Assembly (NCBI GenBank): GCA_951406725.2
Contig: OX597815.1
Coordinates: 75,578,001 to 75,642,000 of the forward strand
Source: Octopus vulgaris
Taxonomy: Eukaryota
Length of the DNA stretch: 64,000 nt
Direction: 5' to 3'
In this document: piece after piece, positions 41,910 through 54,010 of the stretch
How the letters are laid out: every line of letters starts with the position of its first letter
Position numbering within the stretch: the first letter of the stretch is position 1
Notes under the pieces: generated by a model
The model's input: the letters and a program-made list of their open reading frames with translations, nothing else
What the model was told of the DNA's origin: nothing
Databases searched by the model: none
Made by a program: the position numbers and the translations under genes

Positions 41910-42260
41910 TTCAAGTATGCCATCACAGGCTGATGAGACCTGTTACTGGAACCATGTAAATCAGATTCTACCTGTTTCATAATCGAATGGTCGGCGACTG
42001 AACAGGCTCCACCACTTGAGTAGCTTACTACTCTTGTGAGGAAATTATCTGGACACCGAGCAGGACTAAAAACAAGACCTGCCGAATGGTGGATGAATTC
42101 GTTGTGAGTCAACGACTATCCAATTGGAGAAGGCAATGACAAACCATATCTTTGTCAACAAAATACTATGAAAAAGCTAGAACGAAGTAACGCTATGGCT
42201 TCATCCAATTGGAGAACTCGTATTCAGTCGGAAAAGTGTACAATATATGACGATGCCGAG
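41910..42260 (+). mobile_element. Possible 5' region of an RTE/BovB-like LINE
   Basis: GGAGAAGGCAATGACAAACCA (42126-42146) resembles the conserved RTE/BovB 5' motif GGAGAAGG.AATGGCAAACCAC. No ORF follows. Confidence 0.45.
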
Positions 42261-42777
42261 TCTGCTATTTAGACGTTTGCCCGAAAGTAACTGTTAGCTT
42301 ATGGGAACTTGCGCCTTTTTTCGATATCTGATTGAAGTTATTAAGTTCTCACATACGCCATGACTTCCATATACATATTCCTTAAAATCATATACTTCTT
42401 GAGAAAATGGGCAAAAAGAGACCTGGTCAAAGTACTTTCCTTAAAGTACCTTCTTATATCAGTCTCATGCATCATAAATACACGTACTTTGATCTACATA
42501 AAAGAGATCACATAAGCCAACCCTCTATGTGGTCACCTCAGCTGCTAAAAAAATAGCAGCCAAATCTAAATCTACGAAGCTCATACCAAAGAATTAATTA
42601 CACAGGTTAGATTTCAATGGAATAATAATCAATTTAAGACAGAAAACACGCGCACCAATATTTATGATTATGGTATGTAGTATTATCATTTTACGGTTGA
42701 AAATGTATATATATATATACACACATATATAGATAGATAGAAAGATAGACAGACATACAGATAGAAAAATAGATAGC

Positions 42778-42827
<50 letters not shown>

Positions 42828-42978
42828 ATATATATATATAAATACATGTATCTATATATATATAAATATATATATAAATATATATATGTATGTATATGTA
42901 TATATATATATATATATATATACGTCCTCGCGTTACTGTGTTTTTTTCTCTTTTTTCTGTGTTTTCTTGTTTGGATTA

Positions 42979-43050
<72 letters not shown>

Positions 43051-43051
43051 T

Positions 43052-43341
43052 ATATTAAAATTACTAAGTCTCTCTAAAGGAGATTACGGCAGCGTTACTG
43101 GATATTAATAGTTATCGCCATACTAATATGGCAGTCTATAAATAAGGCTAAAGCTGTCGCTGATTAGCTCCAAGAGGCCATCGCCTCTAGCTAGCTATAT
43201 GACACACGAACCTGCGTCCATTGGAGCTAATCAGCGACAGCTTTAGTCTTCTTTATAGACTGCCATATTAGTATGGCGATAACTATTAATATCCAGTAAC
43301 GCTGCCGTAATCTCCTTTAGAGAGACTTTGTAATTTTAATA

Positions 43342-43342
<1 letters not shown>
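43052..43342. repeat. Near-perfect inverted repeat, 122-bp arms, 47-bp spacer
   Basis: 43052-43173 versus 43221-43342, three mismatches seen by eye. (TA)n on both sides. Confidence 0.95.
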
Positions 43343-43392
<50 letters not shown>

Positions 43393-43480
43393 TGTATGTA
43401 TGTATATATGTATATATATATGTATATATGTATATATACTTATATGTATGTATATATGTATATATACATACATATATGTA

Positions 43481-43512
<32 letters not shown>

Positions 43513-43816
43513 CTTATATGTATGTATATATGTGTATGTATGTATATATACATATATGTATGTATATATGTTTATATATATACTTATGTGTATGTATATA
43601 TGTATATATATATATATATATAAATACATGTATGTATGTATATGTTTATAAATTCATATATATATAAATACATATATATAAATATATATATGTATATATA
43701 TACGTATGCATATATGTATATATATATATTATACATATATATATATATATATATAATGCATATATGTATATATATATTTTTATTTATATATATAATACAC
43801 ATATGTATATATGTAA

Positions 43817-43859
<43 letters not shown>

Positions 43860-45180
43860 TAAATACATATATGTATATATATATATGCATATAAATACAT
43901 ATATATATGTATATATATTTATAAAAATGAATATATATATATATATATTCACTCACGCGTGCGCTCACACACACATATGCACATATAGCACACAGAACAC
44001 TCGTATACATATATTATAAAATATAAAACCTACTAATATAAATATTACTTGATTGATATAAATTTGTTAGCTGATATTATTAAATAACTTCAAAAAAAGA
44101 TAGACGGCATTGTGTAAATATATATCTGGATACGTATGGAGAGGTATTTCCGTATGTATATATGTATGTCTGAATATGTGTGTTCGTGCGGGCGTGTAAA
44201 TATGTATATGAATGTGTGTATGTGTGTGTTTGTGTCAATACATATATGTGACGTTGAAAAACGAAATATATACATACATATAAATATTTTTATATGGACA
44301 TACGCATATGTATCTGTACATGCGTGAGTGTTTTCAAGATTATAATAGGATAACTTCTGTTGATAAATGATTGCAGTCACTGGGAAAAATAATGAAAAAT
44401 GATGGATTTACTTAAGTGTGAAGGGAATAAAATTTTCTTTAAAATTTTTTCGCTTCTTTCGGAATGAACGAGGCAGGGTACGCATGCGCGAGTGAAAGAG
44501 CATGCAGAAAGGTATTAGGGTGTAGTTAGTGTAGGACGAGAAATTGAAAGTAGACGAATTGGTTACATACATACAAAAAGGTGAATGGAAGCGGGAAATA
44601 GACGCATTGAGAAGATAAACAGATAGATATCAAGATATTTAAGAGTATGATTTTATAGATAATATTTCCTATTTATTTCATGGGTTCACGCCATACATAA
44701 AGATGCTATTCTGATTGGATTTTACTCATCCTCACTTGATGTGACGAAACATATATTGTATTATACATCTGTGTATGTATGTATGTATGTATGTATGTAT
44801 GTATGTATGTATGTATGTATGTATGTATGTATGTATGTATATGTTTATATGCATATATAGTTATGCACAAATAGATATATGTGTACACACAAACATACAC
44901 ATGCTCATATATGCGTATGCGTGCGTTCGTTAAATTTATGTTATTAATTTTTAGTTTAAGAATAATAACTGGACATTAACTCACTCAATAAAAAGTAGAA
45001 TTAAATAATATATTGAAAAGTCCCAGTCAATTTGAAATTGACTATCCACACAAAGATATGTTGATAGAACGACAGACAGACTGACACACACATATGTGCA
45101 TACATGTATTTGCGTATATGAATAAATGCATGCATATATATATGCATGAACATAATCACATATGTACGTGTGTGTGCGTG

Positions 45181-45314
<134 letters not shown>

Positions 45315-45425
45315 TGAAAGAAGGTTTGAAAATGCAATTTTAAAGATGTTTATTCACTTTAAAATTGCATTTTCAAACCTTTCATATAGATTTCCACTTG
45401 TGCGGTACCTTACAACTTCATTTTG

Positions 45426-45470
<45 letters not shown>

Positions 45471-45485
45471 CACACACACACACAC

Positions 45486-45520
<35 letters not shown>

Positions 45521-45825
45521 ATTATATTCATGCATACGTGTATGCATGCATTTATTCACATATATTTATATATAAGAACGAGTAGAGACGGCTTGTTTGA
45601 AGGGATAATTTTTATTTTAAATCTTAATAAACGTTATTTTTTTCTACTGAAGGCAGAATGCCCGAAATTTCGGGAGAGGGGACTAGTCGACATCGTGTGT
45701 ATGTATGTGTTTATATAATATATATATATTTATGTATGTATATACATATTATGTATGTATGTATGTATGTATGTATGTATGTATGTATGTATGTATGTAT
45801 GTATTATGTATGTATTATGTTTGTA

Positions 45826-46740
45826 TGACATTATTCAGTTTATTTCAAAATTTCTTACCAATAAAGAACCGGTTTCTAACCTAGATCCAAGACTCCGTCA
45901 TTGGTATTTTAGCATCAACAACTGTATTTTTGTTTGTATGTATGCCATTATACAGTTTATTCCAAGATGTTTTGCCAATAGAGAAAGAACTGTTTCTAAT
46001 CTAGATCTAAGGCTCCTTCATTGGAATTTCAACATCAACAACAGGGTAGTTTTGTATGTATGTATGTATGTATGTATGTATGTATGTATGTATGTATGTA
46101 TGTACGTATGTATGTATGTATGTATGTATGTATGTATGTATGTATGTATGTATGTATGTATGTATGTATGTATGTGTGTATGTATGTATGTATGTATGTA
46201 TGTATGTATGTATGTATGTATGCATGTATGTGCAGATTTGTATGTTCTATGTATGTATTCTCATGTATAGATTTGATAATATAGGCATGTTCATATATAT
46301 TTAGATGATAAACTTCTGCGAAGTTTTACAGATTTTTACAGTTCCAGTGATCGATTGGATCTTTAGTCTTCGAATTAGCTTTCTCCTTTCTGGTTTTGAG
46401 AAGCCTAATTTCTCAAGATTGTTATTTAGATAATGTGTTACATATCCCAGGGCCCTAATAATTACAAGTATAAACTTGAACTAGTAATCTAGATAGAGTA
46501 AGTGCAGATTTCTCAATAGTTCAGCATAGGTGTTCTCTTTTTCCCTGATCTTCAGCTTTATGTTAACATCCGCTGAACAGCTGTACACAGTTTCTCTCCT
46601 TTATCCCAAATCATTATATCAGGTCTGTTGTGCTTACATTCCACCAGTATTCCTTTTTATTATGAGTGGCTATGGCTTCTACCATATTGTGGATTCTTAT
46701 TTCTTTGTCCTCGGGATTACCCTTCTGACGGGTTTCATTA
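45826..46740 (-). mobile_element. R4/Dong-like LINE 3' fragment: RLE endonuclease remnant (46301-46740) plus duplicated 3' UTR
   Basis: Minus-strand peptides EYWWN / CKHNRPDIMIWDK / ADVNIKLKIREKENTYAELLRNLHLLY...VIIRALGYV...LEKLGFS...KICKTSQKFII* fit a PD-(D/E)xK RLE domain. Two frameshifts and one stop. Confidence 0.9.
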
Positions 46741-47302
46741 TGTATGTATGCATGTATGTATGTATGTATGTATGTATGTATGTATGTATGTATGTATGTA
46801 TGTATGTATGTATGTATGTATGCATGCGTATGTATGTATGTGTGTGTGAAAGAGAGAGAGGGTGAAAGAATAAATGATTGAATGATCGATATAAAAAGTG
46901 AGAGCAGATATGTGACACAGTATGAGATCCACAGTAGATGTTAGCATAGAAATGAATGTTGTCTGAGTTGCACCGGGGAAAAAAGATCTCGACATGTCAG
47001 GAATGTTAGATCTGTAGGCTAGAGATATACGCGCTTAGCGTAAATGAAAACTAATAAATAAATAAACAAATGAATAGATATATAAATAAAAAAAATAATA
47101 AATACTTGCATTTGTCCGAATGATTGGGGAAATAAATAAATATATGAAAGCCTGCTGGAGCTATTGGATTTATACGATGGTCATTATACGTATTTTATCC
47201 ATCATTGCATATATGTATCATTACATATATATCCTACCGAATGCCCCACTTCTGTTGCTACTGCTACATACATACCATACGTGCAGCTCTCTCTTCCTCT
47301 CC

Positions 47303-47412
<110 letters not shown>

Positions 47413-47479
47413 TTTAAAATTTCCACTCGTTTCCTTTATTTTTCTAAAATTTTCGTTTGTTTGTGCGTATGTGTGGGAG

Positions 47480-47538
<59 letters not shown>

Positions 47539-47714
47539 ATATGTATGTATGTATGTATTATGCATGTATGTATGCATGTATGTGTATGCATGTGTGTGTG
47601 CATATATATGTATGTATGTATGTACATTTGTATTCTGCATACATACAAATCCGAAAACGAAATGTATATATATATATATGCATACATATATATATATATA
47701 TATATATGTATACA

Positions 47715-47753
<39 letters not shown>

Positions 47754-48485
47754 TATGTGTATATATATATATATACATATGCACACACACATGCATACAC
47801 ATACATACATGCATGCATACATACATACATACATACATACATACATACATACATACATACATACATACATACATACATACATACATACATACATGCACAC
47901 ATACATACATACATATGTATATGAAGAGCATATATATGTGTGTGTAAATGTAGATATATAAAAAATATATAGAACGTTTGTTTTATGTTAAATAATATAT
48001 TAAAACAATTTAACATTAAACCCAAAAATTACTCAATAGTTTTCAGTGGATTACTTGTTTGTTAACCTTTAATTGGAAAAGCTTGACTGATTTCGAAGTT
48101 TTCCTTATAAAAGTCAATATATATACACAAAACGCCACACACATACACACACATAAAAGTACATGTGGTGTGTGCACGTTAGCGTGTGCACGGCATGTCC
48201 GCGCGAATAGTGTGTGTATTGTATTAACCTGTTTGGTTCTTCGATTAGAGAAAGATTGCTTAACATGCACTGTTTAAGATATTTATTATACCCGGCTGGC
48301 ATTTTCTTCAACGGAATGTTCAGCACATGTATGTATGTATGTATTCGTATATACATGGAAATAGATAAATACATGTGCATATATTTTTGGTGTGTGTATG
48401 CGTACCTGTGCTTGTACGTGCTTCTATATGTGTTATACATACATACGTACATACATACATCTCTCTCTTTCTCTCTGTCCCTCTC

Positions 48486-48531
<46 letters not shown>

Positions 48532-48829
48532 ATGAACTACATACATGCATTTACACATAAATATATATATATATATATATATATAAATATGTGTGTGTGT
48601 GTACACTATAACACATACATCATAAACACGAATACGGGGTAAGACACAGAGACATTTAAGGATTAATATATGATATTTTGGGAATTCAACTTGGAATTCT
48701 GCTTTTAAAGTTCTACATATACAATTGCCGGACATGATAACAATCACATGTACATTTGACTTTACACACATGCACGCGCGCGCGCAATCCGCACATATAT
48801 GTATATGTTTATATATAATATATATGCAG

Positions 48830-48936
<107 letters not shown>

Positions 48937-49204
48937 GAGGTAGGTACGTACATATATGTATATATATATACATATGTTTTATTTATTAATATATTATATA
49001 TATATATGTGTGTGTGTGTATGTGTATGTATGTATTTATGTATATATATAGACATATACATGTATAAATATATGTATATATATATATATACATACATATA
49101 TATATGTATATATATGTATTTATATGTGTGTGTGTATGCATGTACGTATATATATATATATATATATACGTACATGCATACATATATATATATATACGTA
49201 CATG

Positions 49205-49279
<75 letters not shown>

Positions 49280-49387
49280 GTATATATATACATATACATA
49301 TATATGATTGCAGGCATATACATGCAAGCACACGCACACACATACATATGTATGTATGTATGCATGTATGTATGTGTATATATATAT

Positions 49388-49450
49388 ATTTGTTTGTTTG
49401 TACTCCACCTGCCTTCGTCTATTGTTTATTTTCGTAAACCTTCCCGTTAT
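49388..49450 (+). mobile_element. Terminal fragment of the 21511-21712 repeat family
   Basis: Near-exact reverse complement of about 21508-21571. TA-tract context. Confidence 0.85.
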
Positions 49451-50135
49451 ATATATAAGCATAAGTGTAAATCAGAATACATAACTGGTAGAAAGCAAGA
49501 GATTTCCTGTTACATTATGAACAAGAAAAATTTGGTTATTTAAACCAGCCTTTAAAATACCGATGTAACTTGTGTATAATTTAAATTTACATATCTTGTC
49601 TAGAGTATGTATGACAGGAAGTTCACCCTCACAGTAACAAATAGGAAGAAAAAGAGAGAGAGAGAGAGAGAGTGGCGAGGAGAATGACAGATTGTATATT
49701 TAACGTGTGTCGAGATGATGATAAATAAGAATCTCTTTGAAAGCCATTTTATTTATTTAATTTTTTACATACTTTTGATTCAAAGTGACATGCATAAAGT
49801 ACGTTATCTTTGCCGTCAGAATTTATTTCTTGAATAACATGTAGAACAGCCATTATTGATAGGTATGTGAAACAAAAGCGTTAGTAAAATATATAGAAAA
49901 AGATTAACAAAATTAAGAAAATGATGGAAAAATTCACAATAGAGGTAAAAAGGTAATCAAAGCATTTCTGGAATATTCTGTTATTAAATAATACCGATAA
50001 CATGATAACAAAAGAAAATGCATGTTTATACACGCACACAGGTACCCACACACATATGTAATATATGTGTGCGTGTTTATATTTAAGTAAATATGAGTGC
50101 GTGTCAATATAGATAGATAGGAAAATAGATGGATT

Positions 50136-50167
<32 letters not shown>

Positions 50168-51463
50168 TATACATATATATGCATTGTGTGTATATATGTA
50201 TGTATATATATATATATCTGTTTTCATATATACATATATACATACATATACATACATACATACATACATACATACATACATACATACATACATACATACA
50301 TACATACATACATACATACATACATACATACTTATGTATTATTTTATTTTATTTCATGTGTATGATCTGTGAATGAATGGATGTGTATTTCACGCGATAC
50401 ATTAATAAAACATTACATCTAACCAGTAATGTCTTTTGGGGGGTTTTTTCAAGCTTTCTCTGATTGGCTAATTGTTTTCTCGACGTCGAACGAAAAACAA
50501 AACAAAGAATAAATGTATTTTCTATTTCAATAATTATTTGAATTTCTTGTCTCAATCTCATTGTTATTTTATTGTATTTGCTACAGAAATCTAATAAAAT
50601 TAGGCGATGTTGGTATGCTATAAGTCGGGTAAGAGGAAAGCATGTATTCTATGTAATAGCATATTATATATCCATGTGAGGAGAGAGGAAATATCTTCAT
50701 TCACAAACAGGCTATGACCACTAGTCGACAAATGTATTGTCACTCGTATACATCTTCTGTGACAACTACAGTGGTCTCTGTTTCTCTGAACTGTATTTCC
50801 GTTTTATACACACACACACGTGTGTCTCTGTGTGTATTACATGTAAGAAGACAAGGAAAGAATGTAGCATAACTTATATTATTCGTCACATTTTTTCTGT
50901 ATCGCTCCGTTTGAATCATTGCGCGTAAATGATTCTATGTGAAAAGTTGCGCAAAACGTGAGGTTGATTAAATTGTAGCAGCACTTCCTCAGAGTAGCAT
51001 CAAAATGTACGTTTTTACATTGTGAGCTATCTTACTTGTACGATATATTCATTACTCTTGGTAAGACTTAACCACTGCTTTCACCAGTCATGTTCCCGGG
51101 GCTTCTGCATCAGCGGTCGTTCAGTTTATTTTTTATTTTTCTCAAAGATCCAGTATGAGAGTGCATGCAACCAGGAATTCGAGTTGAAGACTGTATTGGC
51201 AATACACCTACTTTCTACTCTGACTCAGCGGAATCAATATATATTCTTTTATTCTTTTATTTGCCTTCAGTAATTTGACTGCGGCCATGCTGTAGCACCG
51301 CCTTTTGTCAAACAAATCGACCGCCAGGACTTATTCTTTGTAAGCTCAGTACTTATATTATCGGCTTCTTTTGCCGAACCTGTACGTTACGGGTACGTAA
51401 ACACACCAATATCGATTGTCAAGCGATGGTGAGGGAGACAAACACAGAGGCACAAATATATAC

Positions 51464-51519
<56 letters not shown>

Positions 51520-51624
51520 ATATAAATTAGAGACAAAACCACTATTATGCAAATCAAACAAAGAAAGACTTAAGCCAATACATAAAATAATTTATATAAA
51601 TTTAGAAATTTAACAATTATAAAT

Positions 51625-51685
51625 AACCACTACGATCGTTACATGTCTTATTTCAGCACATCTTTGAGACATTCTTCAGGTGGTT
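51625..51685 (-). ncRNA. Hammerhead motif (A13U), mirror copy
   Basis: Reverse complement of 51752-51812. Confidence 0.7.
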
Positions 51686-51751
51686 TCAAAACCTTCTTGG
51701 CGAGTTTTAAACTATGAACTCATAGTTTAAATCTCGCCAAGAAGGTTTTGA

Positions 51752-51812
51752 AACCACCTGAAGAATGTCTCAAAGATGTGCTGAAATAAGACATGTAACG
51801 ATCGTAGTGGTT
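51752..51812 (+). ncRNA. Hammerhead motif with GAAA changed to GTAA (A13U)
   Basis: AACCAC-CTGAAGA-ATGTCT(18-nt loop)AGACAT-GTAA-CGATCGTA-GTGGTT. 6-bp stems I and II, palindromic stem III ACGATCGT, GUA site. Confidence 0.7.
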
Positions 51813-52362
51813 ATTTATAATTGTTAAATTTCTAAATTTATATAAATTATTTTATGTATTGGCTTAAGTCTTTCTTTGTTTGATTTGCATAATAGTGGTT
51901 TTGTCTCTAATTTAATATAATATAATATTTTACTATAAAATTGGATTCAATCCTAAATCTGATTTTTCCCTGTAAATTTAGATTTATTCCCTAATATTTA
52001 TTATTATATATATATATATACCACAGGCTTCTTTCAGTTTCCATCTACCAAATCCACTCACAAGGCTTTGGTCGGCCCGAGGCTATAGTAGAAGACACTT
52101 GCCCAAGGTGGCACACAGTTGGACTGAACCCGGAACCATATGGTTGGGAAGCAAGCTTCTTATCACACAACCACACCCGCGCCTCTATATATAGCCATTG
52201 TGATAACGAAATGTTTTCATTGAAATGGGTCTGAGGAAGTTATAAGAATGCCACACTGACACTAAACTTTGGGTACGAGTTTCTTTACAGTAGAAACAGC
52301 TGCAATCTAATGAAAGTCATTGCATAAATCCTATTCTTTGACATTAATTTTATAATTGGTAA

Positions 52363-52417
<55 letters not shown>

Positions 52418-52422
<5 letters not shown>

Positions 52423-53191
52423 TTTTATTCTTTTACTTGTTTCAGTCGTATGACTGCAGCCATGCTGGAGCACTGCCTTCAAGGGTTTTAGTGGAAGAAA
52501 TCGATCCCAGGACTTATTTCTTAATCCTAGTATTTATTATATTGATCACTTTTTGCGAACCGCTACAATACGGGGACGTAAACACACCAACACCAGTTGT
52601 CAAATGGTGACGGGTGGCCACATGCAAACATAAATACATACACACACATATATATATATACATATATATATAATATAAATAATATATATTTACATATGCA
52701 TATATACATACGCATATGTACATACTTACATCTATACGTATATATATATATGCATATGTGGGCACAGGACGTCACGAAACGTGTACAAGAAAAACGTACG
52801 AAGCACGAGTATATGGAACATGAACTATTCTTTCGAACAACGAAAGACACAAATAGAAAACAAAATAAACAACATAAAGAACGAACCTTCATTAGTTGTT
52901 GGCTGTTTGCTCGAAATACGAGACTAGAAAACAGCCAACAACTGATGAAGGGTCATTCTTTATGCTGTTTGTTTTGTTTTCCATTTGTGTCTTTGTTGTT
53001 CGAGAGAATAGTTCATGTTTTATGCTCTTGTGCTTCGTACTCTTTTGTTGTACACGTTTCGTGACTTCATGTGCCCAGATATGCATATATATATACGTAT
53101 AGATGTATGTATATATATATACGTGTGTATATATGCATATATAAATATATATTATTAACGCCACGCATCCTCTTCCAAGTAAATTTTATCG

Positions 53192-53229
<38 letters not shown>

Positions 53230-53389
53230 GACGGGCTTCTTTCAGTTTCTGTCTACCAAATCTACTCACGAGGATTTGGTTGGCCCAAGGCTACATACAG
53301 TAGAAGACACTTGCCCAAGGTGCCACGCAGAAGGACTGAACCCGGACCCGTCTGGATGAAAAGCAAACTTCTTACGACAGAGTCACCTC
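52418..53389 (-). mobile_element. SINE family A split by a nested inverted repeat (tail 52418-52630, head 53228-53389)
   Basis: Both halves match family A in the correct order. Confidence 0.85.
52728..53106. repeat. Diverged inverted repeat, about 180-bp arms, 20-bp spacer (52909-52928)
   Basis: GGGCAC..GTCACGAAACGTGTACAA...GTTGTTGGCTGTTT pairs with AAACAGCCAACAAC...TTGTACACGTTTCGTGAC..GTGCCC. Confidence 0.9.
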
Positions 53390-53420
53390 TATATGTATGT
53401 CTGTATGTATGTATGTACAC

Positions 53421-53464
<44 letters not shown>

Positions 53465-53837
53465 CACTGTCCCTATATCACCCTTAACGTATGAAGAGTT
53501 TGGAGACCAGGTTTGAATTTGACGGATCTATCAATATTTTAGAATGGCGTATATGGTTTTAAGTTACCACGTTTTACGAGATCAGAAAGCAATAAATTTT
53601 CTTCATTCAGATTTAAACAAACATTTGTCACTTGAAATGCAGTTTGCGTTTGAAGAAACGCTAATGTCCAATCATCTCGAGGAAGTGGGGAAACTAGCAG
53701 AAGTCTATCACTCCTATCTCCGCAGTAATAATAATAAAAATGAAGTCTTTACGGGATTTCAACCTGGAAGTGAAACATCATCGTGGTCTCTCCTAACCAA
53801 ATTTCCATATGTTTAATAATATACTTCATGTTTAGAT

Positions 53838-54010
53838 ATTTCTTTCTGCTGTAGGCACAAGGCCAAAAATTTGTAGGGAGGAGGCTAGTCGATTACGTCG
53901 ACACCAGTACTCAACTGGTACCTATTTTATCGACCCCGAAAGAAAAATGAACTCAAAACATTAAGGTGGAGGAAGTGCCGGTAAACATTGCGTCCGGCGT
54001 GCTAACAATT
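53838..54010 (-). mobile_element. SINE family B, internally deleted
   Basis: AGGCACAAGGCC...TTTTATCGACCCCGAAAG...CCGGCGTGCTAAC. Confidence 0.8.

Larger units (their letters stand above)
51523..51914. repeat. Near-perfect palindrome, about 195-bp arms, centred at 51718-51719 (putative PLE pseudo-LTR fold-back); right side continues unpaired to about 52006
   Basis: TAAATTAGAGACAAAACC...AAACTATGA-AC-TCATAGTTTAAA...GGTTTTGTCTCTAATTTA. Confidence 0.96.
51242..52184 (-). mobile_element. SINE family A split by a nested palindrome (tail 51242-51456, head 52022-52184)
   Basis: Both halves match family A in the correct order around the internal TA tract. Confidence 0.88.

Noticed and set aside
41925-41965. 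CTGATGAGACC as a hammerhead start
   Set aside because: No stem II closure followed by GAAA.
44478-44492. ACGCATGCGCG as an NRF1-like promoter site
   Set aside because: Single short motif in a genome full of alternating purine-pyrimidine runs, with no supporting context.
52905-52960. GCTCGAAA...CTGATGAAGGG as a permuted hammerhead
   Set aside because: Both boxes occur, but I could not build stem III with a valid NUH site or a stem I.
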